NCBI GenBank assembly: GCA_963803805.1 | Contig: CAWDOD010000002.1 | Coordinates: forward strand, 608,001-672,000 | Source: an uncultured cyanobacterium | GTDB taxonomy: Bacteria > Cyanobacteriota > Cyanobacteriia > Cyanobacteriales > CAWCAG01 | Length of the DNA stretch: 64,000 bases | Direction of reading: 5' to 3' | Part shown: positions 9,962 to 21,198 of the stretch, in pieces | Numbering within the stretch: the first letter of the stretch is position 1 | How the letters are laid out: each line of letters starts with the position of its first letter | Position numbers and translations under genes: made by a program | The notes under the pieces: generated by a model | Told to the model about the DNA's origin: nothing | What the model saw: only the letters and a program-made list of their open reading frames with translations | Database searches by the model: none

Positions 9962-10432
9962 ATGAACGATCTTCAAGAGAACATATCCCAAGCCGAAGAA
10001 ATCTGTGAGCAGTTACGCAATAAAAAGCTACTTGTTGTTAATCCTCGCCGCAAGAATGGCTTAATCATTTATAAAAAATACCATGCAGAGTTTGCAGGCC
10101 CCGGTGCAGTAGCAGGTAGTTCATTTGATTTAGATGTCAAATTGGTTATACCAGTAGGCAATCTCTCTTTAATAACCCCTAAAAATTCTCAAGAAAGACA
10201 AAGAGCATATTTAATTCGTCGTCAGTGGGTTAGATTAACTAAACAAATTACCGATTCTCCTGAGCCAAAACAAAGGGCTAAAATGGTGATTAATCAATTT
10301 GAACATTACTTTGGTTCGGAGATTGTTTGTACAATTCCCGATGAAGCCTTTGCAAGATTGGTAGGAGTTTTGCCTCAAACCGTAGCCCAGATGCGTGATG
10401 ATGAGGAAAGGAAAGGTTTGGTTTTGAGTTAG
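9962..10432 (+). CDS. Conserved cyanobacterial protein with a Crp-like C-terminal HTH
   Basis: HAEFAGPGA motif and PDEAFARLVGVLPQTV helix-turn-helix. Confidence 0.6.
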   Translation: MNDLQENISQAEEICEQLRNKKLLVVNPRRKNGLIIYKKYHAEFAGPGAVAGSSFDLDVKLVIPVGNLSLITPKNSQERQRAYLIRRQWVRLTKQITDSPEPKQRAKMVINQFEHYFGSEIVCTIPDEAFARLVGVLPQTVAQMRDDEERKGLVLS

Positions 10433-10447
10433 GGATTGATAGTAATG

Positions 10448-11554
10448 CTAATGACTAGTAGCTAATTCTTCATTAAACCGAGCAATAGTGCGATCATTTT
10501 CTTGTCTGCTACCGACTGTCACCCTTAATCCTCCTCCTGTGTGACGAATTAAAGTGCCTTTTCCTTTTAAGGTTTCCGTTAGTTGTTGTAAATTAGTTTT
10601 TGAGCGTAGGTAAAGAAAATTGCCTGAACTAGGCCAAACTTTTAGAGCAGGATTTTGGTGTAAAGCCTTATATAGCCTTTGTCTTTCTTGCAAGGTTTCA
10701 GGAATGGAAGCAAGGAGGAGATGGCGAAAATCTAAAGCAACTTGTGCCGCAGCTTGGGAAAAACTGGGTAAGTTGTAAGGAAGACGGACTTTTTCTAAGG
10801 CAATAATCATTTCTGGGTGGGCGATCGCATAACCAATTCGATGGGCAGCTAGGCGAAAGGCTTTGGAGAAGGTTCGCAAAATAATCCAGTTGGGATGGCT
10901 GATTAATTCTTCTACTAATGAAGTTTGACTAAATTCAAAATAAGCTTCGTCAATAACTACTAAAATATTTTCGGGGAGGTTGCGTAGCCAAGTTATTTCT
11001 TCTGGGGTAAGGGGATTAGCCGTAGGAGAGTTAGGATGAACCATAAAAACCACTCGAATGGGAGGATTTTGGGTTTCTTTGATGGCTTCTTGCCCTTGGT
11101 TAAGATTTAGGGCAAAATCATTTACACATCGCTCTACACTAACTACAGGAATTCCCAAAGTTTTAGCTAAGATTCCGTACATAGAAAAAGTTGGGTTAGC
11201 AACTAAGATTGCTCCTTCTCCTCCTAAACAGGTTGCAATTAGGACTGAACGAATTAATTCATCTGAACCATTACCAACAGAAATATTTTGCGGTATAATC
11301 GCCTCTTCTAATGCTGAAGACTCATTAACATAGGCAGCAATTTTTTGTTTTAATAGCCAATGGCTGCCATCAGGGTAACGATTTGTTTTGATTACCTGTT
11401 GATAAACTGAAGTGAGTTTGTCTTTTAATTCTGAAGGCAAATCAAAGGGACTTTCGTTAGTATCTAGTTGGTCTAAGGGAAGATCAATTTTCCCTCCAGG
11501 ATGAGCTTTGTAAGCTTGAAGTTGATTAAGGTCGGAACGGATAAAAGGAAACAT
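10448..11554 (-). CDS. hisC: Histidinol-phosphate aminotransferase
   Basis: [28 protein letters not shown] and [16 protein letters not shown]. Confidence 0.93.
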   Translation of the reverse strand: MFPFIRSDLNQLQAYKAHPGGKIDLPLDQLDTNESPFDLPSELKDKLTSVYQQVIKTNRYPDGSHWLLKQKIAAYVNESSALEEAIIPQNISVGNGSDELIRSVLIATCLGGEGAILVANPTFSMYGILAKTLGIPVVSVERCVNDFALNLNQGQEAIKETQNPPIRVVFMVHPNSPTANPLTPEEITWLRNLPENILVVIDEAYFEFSQTSLVEELISHPNWIILRTFSKAFRLAAHRIGYAIAHPEMIIALEKVRLPYNLPSFSQAAAQVALDFRHLLLASIPETLQERQRLYKALHQNPALKVWPSSGNFLYLRSKTNLQQLTETLKGKGTLIRHTGGGLRVTVGSRQENDRTIARFNEELATSH

Positions 11555-11668
11555 CTAAAATATGCTAAAGGCTAATGGCTATTGGAACAAGTTGAGCAAA
11601 AGCACAATTTTTCAAGCCCTTGTACTGGGGGAGAAGAGAAAGGTGAAGGGGGCCGTTTTTACTGCTTC

Positions 11669-12547
11669 TTACGAAGGGTCGTTAGCACTACTAAAGTTAA
11701 CCAACTCCATATTACGACAAGTTCTTTTCAATAAGCCAGTTAACACTTTTCCTGGTCCAACTTCAACGGTTTTGGTAATACCTTGTTCTGGTAATTTAAG
11801 CATAATTTCTTGCCAACGTACAGAACCAGTCATTTGTTTAACTAAACGCTCTTTTAATTCTTTTCCTTTAACAGTAGGACTTGGTTCAACATTAGAAAGT
11901 ACAGGAACTTTTGCCTCGGCAAAATTAACGGTTTCTAATACTTCTTGAAACTCTTTTGCTGCTGTTGCCATTAATGGAGAGTGAAAAGCACCGGATACTT
12001 TCAAGGGTACTGCACGCTTACTCTTAACTTGGGATACTATTTCATCAACAACTTCCGGTACACCGGAAATCACTACTTGGGCGGCACTGTTATCATTCGC
12101 AATAACCACATCAGCATTTTCTGCTATCTTGGCTTCTAACTCTTGACGATCAAAGCCAATTAAAGCTACCATCTTACCCCCGGAAGCGTTATCCATCAAT
12201 TCAGCACGGCGTTTAACCAAGCTTAATCCTGAAGCAAAATCAAATACCTCAGCCGCATAAAGAGCAACATATTCTCCCAAGCTATGCCCCGCCACTAATT
12301 GAGGAATTTCTCCTGTTTCACGTCTCAAATCTACCAAAATAGATTCAATGGTATAAAGAGAAGGTTGAGTATAAAGAGTGCGAGAAAGTTTTTCTTCATC
12401 TCCTTGACACATTTGCAATACAGACCAACCCAAAATTTCCTCTGCTAAAGCAAACTTTTCTTTAGCTGCTGGCAAATCTTTTAAACTTGCCTCCATACCA
12501 ACACTTTGAGAACCTTGTCCTGGAAACACCCAAGCTATCTTACTCAT
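11669..12547 (-). CDS. fabD: Malonyl-CoA-ACP transacylase
   Basis: FPGQGSQ, GHSLGEY, VSGAFHS and EVGPGKVL. Confidence 0.97.
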   Translation of the reverse strand: MSKIAWVFPGQGSQSVGMEASLKDLPAAKEKFALAEEILGWSVLQMCQGDEEKLSRTLYTQPSLYTIESILVDLRRETGEIPQLVAGHSLGEYVALYAAEVFDFASGLSLVKRRAELMDNASGGKMVALIGFDRQELEAKIAENADVVIANDNSAAQVVISGVPEVVDEIVSQVKSKRAVPLKVSGAFHSPLMATAAKEFQEVLETVNFAEAKVPVLSNVEPSPTVKGKELKERLVKQMTGSVRWQEIMLKLPEQGITKTVEVGPGKVLTGLLKRTCRNMELVNFSSANDPS

Positions 12548-12980
12548 TTACCTATTACTTGCTAGATTGGCATATCTAAAAATCATATATTAGGGCCGGT
12601 TGATTTTATTTAATGATTGGTAGCACAATTCTAAATTAAGACCCACCCCTACAGACACATTCTCTCACAGCTTGATGAATTGCTCTTCATTCCTGCTGAA
12701 AGTTTTTCATTAATAATTTCGGTAGAACCGAACTTAGGATTTATAATCAACAATTAAAGGTTCTATCGAACTGAGAATGTAAACTCAATAATTAAAATGC
12801 TAATTCAAGAAGCTTTTCTTTGAGAAGCTTGCCACATTAATTACTAATTGTTGACCACAACTTAATTGTTTGCTAACTTAGTTAAACTAAAAAATACTAC
12901 CCTTTCCCCGTCAATTGAAAATTGACATACCCCTAGCTTATTAGCAAGAAAAAGGTGCATTTATACCTTGAGATAGAGAA

Positions 12981-14873
12981 ATGAGTCCTGATAATCTGCC
13001 ATTTGACGGTGCTACAGTTGAAGATAATTCTACTTTTAATCAAAATAAAGTCACTCCAGCAAAATTAGACCAAGCTCAAAAATATATTTATCAGTTTTTT
13101 CGTGATTCGGTCAACCATGATCTTCCTGAAAACACGCTGCAATATTTTGAGGATTTATTCTTTTGGGGAGACAGGGAAAAAACCACTGACTTAACCTTAA
13201 TAGCCTCCTTACGAGAGATTATTTTTAATGCTTATAACAAAGAAGAGTTTATCAACACACTCAAGCGTGTTTGCTACATCATTGTTAACAACTGGAATAT
13301 CAATCAGAAACATCAATGTTTGCAACAGCTAATTCAGCTTTTTGAAGAATTAAAATCTTTACCTGCACCCCGTTCTTCTAGTCAGAACTTATTGAGAGTT
13401 TGGTTAAGCGAGTTTGTCAAAACGGATAGTTATCAAGAACTAAAAATGTTCACTGCCAATCATAGCTCTCATTGGCTAAAACATTATACTGCTCATTTAT
13501 TAGCTCCTCAATACCTCGATATTAATAAGTCCCAAGAACAAAGAGAAGCTGCGAAGAATTTAGCTATTACTTTAAAAAATAAATTCAATTTAGAACTGTC
13601 TCGCTATGCAACTCGTTTTCATGATCATACTCAGACTGATTTAAGTGAAAAAGATGCTAGAAAAAATAGACTACTCAAAAAACTCTTCAAAACTAAAGCT
13701 AAATTTAGTTATGAAAATCATGCTCGTATTTTCTTAAAACAAACCCAAGATTTAACTTATTATAATTTTAAGCAAGCTCTGAAAAGATACCTCAAATTTT
13801 CCCTAAAGAAAGGAGAATCAGGGGGGATTTTAGAGGAAAAGATTGCAAATTGTTTAGACTGGCTTTATGAGGGACGCGATTCTGACCCTTTGAATTCTCA
13901 GTTATTGCTGCGTACTTGCAAAAAATTAGTTGCTCTTTTGATGACAGAAGATGGAGAACAACCTTCCTATCTTTTTGCCTTGCTAATGATTCAAAATGGC
14001 AGCATGGCTGTAACTGTTACTCTATTAAAAATTGTCCTAATCTGCCAACAAGTCCAAAATGCTATTGAGCTTAATATTGCTACTTTAATCAAATACCACG
14101 AATACCTCCCGGAAGAAGAATGTCAAAGTTTTATTTATTTCCTCGAAACCTTTGAGCTTATTTTTGCTATTTATGCTGAAAATATTGAATATAACTTAGT
14201 TAAAACTAACAACGAAAAGAATAGTTATCGTATCTTTCCCCAACTAAAAGGTAGGGATTATCGTAAAGCTGATTTAAGGGAAAAGAATTTTCGCAACGCT
14301 GATTTAAGATTAGGTAAACTAAGCGAAGCTAACTTAAGTTTTGCTCAACTTGATGGCGCTCAATTAACTATTGCCCGTTTGCACAAAACTGATTTAAGTT
14401 CTGCTAAACTTAACGGTGCAGATTTACGCCGCGCTGAACTTGACCAAGCTAATCTCAGCTATGCTCAACTAAACAATGCAAAACTGCGTCGTGCCACCCT
14501 CTTAAATACAAATTTGCACCATGCTGATTTGAACAATGCCAGCTTAGATACTGCGGATTTAAGTAAGGCAGATTTAAGCAATGCAGATTTGCGGGGTGCA
14601 GATTTAAGCCATGCTAATTTCAGCAATGCCAACCTTGAAGGTGCTAATTTAGAAAATGCTCTCCTATACAAAACCAAGCTACACTATGCCAATCTTAAGG
14701 GGGCGAACCTAGAAGGAGCAAAGTTCAAAAAAGCTAGTCTCATCGGTGCAAACTTAGCTGAAGCTAACCTGAAAAATGCGATTTTTGATGAAGTGAATTT
14801 AAGCGGTACAAATCTTTGCGATACGAATCTCAGTTTAGCTAAGGTTAAGAATTCCCATTTTCGAGAAAGCTAG
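12981..14873 (+). CDS. Pentapeptide-repeat protein with a large N-terminal helical domain of unknown function
   Basis: About 200 C-terminal residues of A(D/N)LxX repeats. Confidence 0.85.
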   Translation: MSPDNLPFDGATVEDNSTFNQNKVTPAKLDQAQKYIYQFFRDSVNHDLPENTLQYFEDLFFWGDREKTTDLTLIASLREIIFNAYNKEEFINTLKRVCYIIVNNWNINQKHQCLQQLIQLFEELKSLPAPRSSSQNLLRVWLSEFVKTDSYQELKMFTANHSSHWLKHYTAHLLAPQYLDINKSQEQREAAKNLAITLKNKFNLELSRYATRFHDHTQTDLSEKDARKNRLLKKLFKTKAKFSYENHARIFLKQTQDLTYYNFKQALKRYLKFSLKKGESGGILEEKIANCLDWLYEGRDSDPLNSQLLLRTCKKLVALLMTEDGEQPSYLFALLMIQNGSMAVTVTLLKIVLICQQVQNAIELNIATLIKYHEYLPEEECQSFIYFLETFELIFAIYAENIEYNLVKTNNEKNSYRIFPQLKGRDYRKADLREKNFRNADLRLGKLSEANLSFAQLDGAQLTIARLHKTDLSSAKLNGADLRRAELDQANLSYAQLNNAKLRRATLLNTNLHHADLNNASLDTADLSKADLSNADLRGADLSHANFSNANLEGANLENALLYKTKLHYANLKGANLEGAKFKKASLIGANLAEANLKNAIFDEVNLSGTNLCDTNLSLAKVKNSHFRES

Positions 14874-14979
14874 GAAATAATAGAAACTAAAAGTTGATTA
14901 GTCAGGTAAAGGGAAAAGGTAATACCAGTAACTTTTCCCTTTCAAGGGTATCTCTACTTATGATTAAAGAAAAACGGTA

Positions 14980-15852
14980 TTATTTGGTTAAAGCAGACTT
15001 ACGTAACTTACGACCACGAAGCCAAGGAAATGCTCCCACCATTAATATACTGAAAAGAGAAGATGGTTCGGGAACTCTTTCTAGTGCTTGGGGTTCGCTG
15101 AAAATAAAATCATCCAAAGCAACCAAGTCAACACCATTACCGTCAAAAGTATCTGCCCCTAAAGCAGCATTACCAGAAGTTATTCTGACCCGTGAAACAA
15201 GGGAATCATCAAAAGTTACACCTAAGAAAGAGAAACTTTCATTCCTGTCGGCAACAGCTTCGACAAAGTTAGTTTGAATTAAATCACCTTGAACGTCGAA
15301 AAATTCCATCTTGCTGGTTTGGGCTAGATCCACATCGCTAAAAACTGCACCGAAGCTACTAACAGTGGCAGCAGTATCTGTACCAGGGACAAAAAAGAGA
15401 ACATCAAGGATATTACTATCTTTGGCAATAAAGAGTTTTTCTGCACTAAAAGCTTCAAAAACTTCTGTATAAGTGGGGTTGATATTACCGAAGTCTTCAA
15501 TAGGATCGTTGTTGTTGGGGTCACCATCTGCACCGCTAATCTGGAAACCAGAACCAGGGGTTTCATAAACTGTACCACGGGGTACAACGGCGTTGAAAAA
15601 GTCCCCAGGCATATCAAAAGGGTTAGCAGGGGCTAACTGCCCATCCCAATCAATTTGACGACGGCCTCCCTCTACAAGACCGATTTGGTTGCCGTTATTT
15701 GGTTCCCCTGATGCTGTACGAAAAGCATCTACAGTCCCTTGAATAGAACCAGTATTTTCCCCTGAAGCAGAAAATACTGCTGCTTCAGCAATGTTTGGGG
15801 CAACAATTAAAGCTGTTAAGGCTAAGGTAATACTAGAATAAAGTTTATTCAT
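14980..15852 (-). CDS. PEP-CTERM sorting-domain exported protein
   Basis: Signal peptide MNKLYSSITLALTALIVAPNIAEA. C-terminal VPEPSS, hydrophobic stretch and basic tail. Confidence 0.88.
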   Translation of the reverse strand: MNKLYSSITLALTALIVAPNIAEAAVFSASGENTGSIQGTVDAFRTASGEPNNGNQIGLVEGGRRQIDWDGQLAPANPFDMPGDFFNAVVPRGTVYETPGSGFQISGADGDPNNNDPIEDFGNINPTYTEVFEAFSAEKLFIAKDSNILDVLFFVPGTDTAATVSSFGAVFSDVDLAQTSKMEFFDVQGDLIQTNFVEAVADRNESFSFLGVTFDDSLVSRVRITSGNAALGADTFDGNGVDLVALDDFIFSEPQALERVPEPSSLFSILMVGAFPWLRGRKLRKSALTK

Positions 15853-16047
15853 GATGATGCTTTCTCCTGAAAGTTTGGTTAGTTCTAGAGGATTTCTAAG
15901 TTGGTTTCGTGTTGTGCTGATATTCAACTTAGAAAGCAATCGGGAAGAACTAGAGAAGCAACTTTTCATTTATCATTGAACATTTATCAGGTTGGGTAAA
16001 TGGATGACAGCTTGTCATAATTACTGTATGTACGCAAGTTTAAGTTG

Positions 16048-16650
16048 ATGCAAAAAAGTTTAGTTTTGCCTGTTTTGGAGACGAAAAGAACAATTCTTCG
16101 TTTAGCTTGCCAGGATGATCTAGAGGAGATTATTAGTTATTATCAAAGAAATAAAAAGCATCTTGAACCCTTTGAGCCAATTAGGAATGATCATTTTTAT
16201 ACGATAAGTTATTGGTCATCTGAAGTAAGCGATCGCCTACAAGATTTTCGCGAAGATCGTTCTCTCAAACTCTTTCTTTTTTTTAAAAACAATCCTCAAG
16301 AAATTATTGGTTCAATTAACTTTGGTAACTTTATTCGTGGTGTTTTTCAATCTTGTACTTTGGGTTATAGTCTCGCCGAAAAGTTTCAAGGCCAAGGTTT
16401 AATGACTAAAGCTCTTGAAGTAGCGATAAAATATGTATTCAAGGAAGTAAACTTACACCGCATCATGGCAGTTTATCTTCCTCATAACCAAAGTAGTGGC
16501 AGGCTTTTAAAACGGCTAGGTTTTATGGTAGAAGGCTATATGTACGACTATTTAATGATTAATGGACAGTGGCAAGATCACATCTTTACGAGCTTGCTAA
16601 ATCCTCATTGGCAATCTAAAATAAACAATCTGCCACTGGAGAACAGATAA
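16048..16650 (+). CDS. RimJ-like N-acetyltransferase
   Basis: RGVFQSCTLGYSL, QGQGLMTKAL, LHRIMA and INGQWQDH. Confidence 0.85.
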   Translation: MQKSLVLPVLETKRTILRLACQDDLEEIISYYQRNKKHLEPFEPIRNDHFYTISYWSSEVSDRLQDFREDRSLKLFLFFKNNPQEIIGSINFGNFIRGVFQSCTLGYSLAEKFQGQGLMTKALEVAIKYVFKEVNLHRIMAVYLPHNQSSGRLLKRLGFMVEGYMYDYLMINGQWQDHIFTSLLNPHWQSKINNLPLENR

Positions 16651-16657
16651 TTTCTTT

Positions 16658-17242
16658 ATGGGTCGAACGCGCACTATTACTAATGAACAAATTTTAGAAG
16701 CTGCACGGGAAGTTTTTCTGCAAGAAGGTTTTGGTGGTTCTACCGTAGAAATTGCTAAACGCGCAGGTATATCAGAAGGCTCGATTTTTAAACGCTTTAC
16801 TACCAAAGAAACACTTTTTTTTGCAGCTTTAGGAATTTCAGAAGCCCCCGACTGGGTGAAAGATTTACAAAACCTGGTGGGGGAAGGAGATTTAAAAGAG
16901 AATTTGATTTGTGTTTCCCTACAAATTGTGGAATTTTTGCGTGATCTTGTACCGAGATTAACAATGCTGTGTTCTAAAGGGGATTTACACAAAATTCTCG
17001 GCTGTAATGAATCTCCGTTAGTTAGAGATATTCGCGTTTTAACTAAGTTTTTTGAGCAAGAAATAGCATTAGGCAGGCTTCATAGTTGTAACCCAGCGAT
17101 TGCAGCCCGTACTCTGTTAGGTTCCTTGATGAATTACGTTCACTTAGAATATATGGGACAGCCTCCAGAAATGTCTCTCCCTACAGCAGTTTATGTCAAA
17201 GGTTTGGTAGAGTTACTTTGGCAAGGAATGAGTAATAAGTAA
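16658..17242 (+). CDS. TetR/AcrR family regulator
   Basis: ILEAAREVF...EIAKRAGISEGSIFKRFTTKETLF helix-turn-helix. Confidence 0.92.
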   Translation: MGRTRTITNEQILEAAREVFLQEGFGGSTVEIAKRAGISEGSIFKRFTTKETLFFAALGISEAPDWVKDLQNLVGEGDLKENLICVSLQIVEFLRDLVPRLTMLCSKGDLHKILGCNESPLVRDIRVLTKFFEQEIALGRLHSCNPAIAARTLLGSLMNYVHLEYMGQPPEMSLPTAVYVKGLVELLWQGMSNK

Positions 17243-17257
17243 CAACTAAAAAAAACT

Positions 17258-17533
17258 ATGTCTAAATATGTCATGTGGGGTAGCTACTGCGATAACGTTT
17301 TAGAGTTGCGATCGCCCTATCGTCAAGAACATCTCGATGGTATAAAAGCCCAATATGAAACTGGTACATTGCTAACTCTGGGCCCCACGAAAGATACAAC
17401 TAAAGTTTTTGGTATTTACGAAGCAGAGGATGAAGCTACCGTACGCCAGTTAGTGGAAGGAGATCCTTACTGGAAAAATGGTATTTGGACAGATTATGAG
17501 GTTAAGGAGTGGATTCAAGTTTTTCCTGCTTAA
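17258..17533 (+). CDS. YciI family protein
   Basis: RSPYRQEHL, GPT and DPYWKNGIW. Confidence 0.85.
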   Translation: MSKYVMWGSYCDNVLELRSPYRQEHLDGIKAQYETGTLLTLGPTKDTTKVFGIYEAEDEATVRQLVEGDPYWKNGIWTDYEVKEWIQVFPA

Positions 17534-17570
17534 GAGAAAGAGTTTTCACTCTAGCTATCACTAACAGCCC

Positions 17571-18044
17571 ATGAAATCAAAACACCTACTCAAGAAGTTT
17601 CTGTACTCAAAAGTTTTGTTAGGTTTAGTAGTGCTTCTGGTTTTGTCTGGATATAGCTGGAATAGTAACGGCGCTGCTACACGTGAGGAGGTAATAGAGG
17701 AGTACCTTAATGCTTTAAAAGATAAGAACGAAGAGTCAATCCTTCAATTAGTACCAAAATCTTACACTGCTGAACAAGCAGCGAAGAAGAAAATTACTCA
17801 ACTAGGAGGATATAATCTTAATGTTAATCAAATCAGTTACTTAAAGCTTAAACCGCACCTCTTTGTTGCCACGATTCAAGGCTCTTATTTGACTCCGAAC
17901 AGAGAACAAAAAAGATTTACTGAAGAAGTCAATCTTGTTGACAAACCAGGTTCATTTTTAGTTTTTTATAAAGGCAACTGGCATTTAAGTATCGGCAAAG
18001 GGAATCTTCCCCCACCATCAGTCCAAGCAGCCCAGCCTTTCTAG
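17571..18044 (+). CDS. Hypothetical exported or membrane-anchored protein
   Basis: N-terminal hydrophobic segment, and the ORF fills the space between its neighbours. Confidence 0.6.
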   Translation: MKSKHLLKKFLYSKVLLGLVVLLVLSGYSWNSNGAATREEVIEEYLNALKDKNEESILQLVPKSYTAEQAAKKKITQLGGYNLNVNQISYLKLKPHLFVATIQGSYLTPNREQKRFTEEVNLVDKPGSFLVFYKGNWHLSIGKGNLPPPSVQAAQPF

Positions 18045-18064
18045 GATTGCTACAATAGCTCTTA

Positions 18065-18928
18065 TCAGCTTAGAAACTCTCTTACTTTATGAAGATAGGT
18101 TTCTTTATCTTCCAACATCGGAAAGTGGGCAGTAGCCGGAATTTCAAAATATTCGATGTTATCACTTAAAGCGGCAGCTTGCTTACCCATCACTGCCGGG
18201 ATAATAATGTCCTTTTCCCCCGCTACTAACAAAGTTGGTACTTGTAGCTTGGCAAATTCCTGCGGCATTACTTCTACCGCTTTCTTGCACACAGAAGTAT
18301 AAATTGTATTCAATGCCGCAGCATAATCTGCTAATAAAAAATCTTCTAAAAAAGCTTGGCTTATTTCTCTAGGCAAAGGACGATGCAAAAACCTTGCCAT
18401 AAAAAGTTTGTCAGCTAAAGGAAATTTCAAAAACCAGTTGTAGCGAAATTTCACCACATAACCGCCAAACTTATGAAAGGCAGCAAAAGCTCTTTTGTTA
18501 TATTCAAAAATACCACTACAAGTAAGAATCGCTTTTTCCACCAGATTAGGATAGCGGTTGAGAAATACTGTAGCTATGGATGCCCCCATAGAATGGGCAT
18601 TGAGATAAACTTTATTTAAACCCAAACCATCTAACAAAGCAGCTAAATCATCAGCATAGTCCTCCATGTCATAATGCAGTGGAATAGAATTTGGCTCTAA
18701 TTCCACTTGAGGAAGCCTGCTACGCCCAAAGCCTCGCAGATCATATAACAAACAGTCAAACTTATCTGCCAGGGCTTCAGCCGTATTCTGCCAATACCTT
18801 GATGAACCGCCCCAACCATGAATAAAGATCATTACTGGCTTCTGCTGGCCAGTTTCTGGTTGCTTAACCCATTCGTAGTAATGCTCTACACCCCGAACAT
18901 TGATAGTTTGCCCCTGGTCTATAATCAT
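18065..18928 (-). CDS. Alpha/beta hydrolase
   Basis: HGWGGS, DLRGFGRS, AHSMGA nucleophile elbow and AHFPMLE. Confidence 0.9.
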   Translation of the reverse strand: MIIDQGQTINVRGVEHYYEWVKQPETGQQKPVMIFIHGWGGSSRYWQNTAEALADKFDCLLYDLRGFGRSRLPQVELEPNSIPLHYDMEDYADDLAALLDGLGLNKVYLNAHSMGASIATVFLNRYPNLVEKAILTCSGIFEYNKRAFAAFHKFGGYVVKFRYNWFLKFPLADKLFMARFLHRPLPREISQAFLEDFLLADYAAALNTIYTSVCKKAVEVMPQEFAKLQVPTLLVAGEKDIIIPAVMGKQAAALSDNIEYFEIPATAHFPMLEDKETYLHKVREFLS

Positions 18929-18943
18929 TGTTCAGTTGAGTAA

Positions 18944-20284
18944 TTAAGCTGACTCCGGCCTTGCTAAGGAAGAGGGATGAATCAGCAATTCGGCTGTAGA
19001 ACGCTTTTCCACCATTTCTTTAGTAATCATACAACGACGTACATCCTTACGGGAAGGTAACTCATACATCACCTCAAGCATCAATTCTTCAACAATACCC
19101 CGTAAAGCCCTGGCCCCAGTTTTACGACGATAGGCTTCTTTGGCGATCGCTCTTACTGCATCTGGCTTAAATTCTAGCTGTACGTTGTCCATCTTCAGCA
19201 GCTTTTTATACTGTTTAACCAGAGCGTTGCGGGGTTCGGTTAAGATAGCCATTAAGGCTTCTTCATCAAGGGGTTCCAGGACTGCTGCTACGGGTATACG
19301 CCCCACAAATTCAGGAATCATACCAAACTTAACAAGATCGTCCGGCTCTAACTCCTTAACGAGATCCGCCACTCGTTTTTCCCTCGACTGACTGTCCCCT
19401 GGGTTAACAAAACCCATTGACTTTTTGCCTACCCTTTGCTCTACTACTTTATCTAAGCCAACAAAAGCCCCACCACAAATAAACATAATGTTACTTGTAT
19501 CGATTTGGATACAATCTTGGTAGGGGTGTTTTCTGCCACCTTGGGGAGGTACATTGGCGATAGTACCTTCAAGCATTTTTAAAAGGGCTTGTTGTACTCC
19601 TTCTCCAGAAACATCTCTGGTGATAGAAGTGTTTTCACTCTTGCGGGCAATTTTATCAATTTCGTCGATGTAAATAATACCCCTTTGAGCTTCTTCTACA
19701 TCTAAATCAGCTACTTGTAACAGGCGCAAGAGAATATTTTCGACATCTTCTCCTACATAACCTGCTTCTGTTAATGTTGTAGCATCAGCGACAGCAAAGG
19801 GAACATCTAGAAATTTAGCTAAGGTTTGAGCTAGTAGGGTTTTACCACTACCAGTCGGACCAATTAACAGAATATTTGACTTTTGTAATTCTACTGGTTC
19901 CTCAGATCCTGTATTGCTACTTTTAGATTGGGCAAAACTCAATCTTTTGTAATGGTTGTAAACAGCAACAGAAAGCACCTTCTTGGCTTCGATTTGTCCA
20001 ATAACGTGTTCGTCTAAATAATTTTTTAGTTCCCTTGGTTTAGGAATTTGATTAAGATTGAGACGTTCTGATTGAGCGCGGCGCTTGGGTTGAGGTTCTT
20101 CTGGTCGGTTTACAGGTTGAGGAGTAGAAGCGACAGAATCTAACAACTCCTCATCTAAAATTTCGTTACACAGCTCAACACATTCATCACAAATATAAAC
20201 CCCAGGCCCAGCAATCAACTTGCGTACTTGCTCCTGGGACTTGCCGCAGAAAGAACATTTTAGATGGGAGTCGTACTTAGACAT
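18944..20284 (-). CDS. clpX: ATP-dependent Clp protease ATP-binding subunit
   Basis: CSFCGK...CDEC zinc finger, [14 protein letters not shown] and TGARALR. Confidence 0.98.
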   Translation of the reverse strand: MSKYDSHLKCSFCGKSQEQVRKLIAGPGVYICDECVELCNEILDEELLDSVASTPQPVNRPEEPQPKRRAQSERLNLNQIPKPRELKNYLDEHVIGQIEAKKVLSVAVYNHYKRLSFAQSKSSNTGSEEPVELQKSNILLIGPTGSGKTLLAQTLAKFLDVPFAVADATTLTEAGYVGEDVENILLRLLQVADLDVEEAQRGIIYIDEIDKIARKSENTSITRDVSGEGVQQALLKMLEGTIANVPPQGGRKHPYQDCIQIDTSNIMFICGGAFVGLDKVVEQRVGKKSMGFVNPGDSQSREKRVADLVKELEPDDLVKFGMIPEFVGRIPVAAVLEPLDEEALMAILTEPRNALVKQYKKLLKMDNVQLEFKPDAVRAIAKEAYRRKTGARALRGIVEELMLEVMYELPSRKDVRRCMITKEMVEKRSTAELLIHPSSLARPESA

Positions 20285-20294
20285 AAGATGCCTC

Positions 20295-20981
20295 TTACTT
20301 AATAGGAGTGAGGGTAGCTTCAGGTTTTGCTAGTTCTTGCCTGGAGATAACTTGGTCGATCAGACCGTATTCTTTCGCCTCTTGGGAGGACATAAAAAAG
20401 TCTCGCTCTGTATCAGTAGCAATTTTCTCTAAAGCTTGACCTGTGTGACTAGCAAGCAACTCATTTAGCTCTTGTTTAACAAAAAGAATTTCTTTAGCTT
20501 GGATTTCAATATCAACAGCCTGTCCCTGAGCGCCTCCGAGGGGCTGGTGGATCATGATCCTCGCGTTGGGTAGAGCCATACGTTTGCCTTTAGCTCCTCC
20601 AGAGAGTAAAAATGCTCCCATGCTAGCAGCTAAACCAAAGCATATGGTAGCAACATCAGGACGAATTTGCTGCATGGTGTCATAAATCGCCATACCAGCA
20701 TAGACGGAACCGCCGGGAGAGTTGACATAGATTTGAATATCTTTATCAGGATCTTCAGCATCAAGAAATAGCAACTGGGCAACAATTGAGTCTGCTACAG
20801 AGTCATCTATGGCGCTACCTAAGAAGATAATCCTTTCCCTGAGCAATCGTGAGTAAATATCAAAGGCCCGTTCTCCCATCCCTGATTGTTCTACAACCAT
20901 GGGGACAACACTACTGGTTGAGTATATTCCTGGGGAACGATGAGCGCTAATCTGCTGGTTAGTGAGGCATGATTGAATCAT
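20295..20981 (-). CDS. clpP: Clp protease proteolytic subunit
   Basis: [31 protein letters not shown] and MIHQP. Confidence 0.97.
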   Translation of the reverse strand: MIQSCLTNQQISAHRSPGIYSTSSVVPMVVEQSGMGERAFDIYSRLLRERIIFLGSAIDDSVADSIVAQLLFLDAEDPDKDIQIYVNSPGGSVYAGMAIYDTMQQIRPDVATICFGLAASMGAFLLSGGAKGKRMALPNARIMIHQPLGGAQGQAVDIEIQAKEILFVKQELNELLASHTGQALEKIATDTERDFFMSSQEAKEYGLIDQVISRQELAKPEATLTPIK

Positions 20982-21198
20982 AGAAATAAAAATTTTTGGC
21001 AAAGCATAGATTTTCAGTGCAGTTAAGTTTTTTGGGAAAACTCTCAGCGCACTAGCTAAAATTCTCTCCTCTTGGGATCATTATGCCTTAATTTTTTACT
21101 AATGGGGTTGCTTAGATTGTTACTTAGGTAGAGGCAACCAACCTTTAAAGTTTCTAAATTAGCCATAGTCCCGATTAGATTACTCTTAACTTTTCTAG

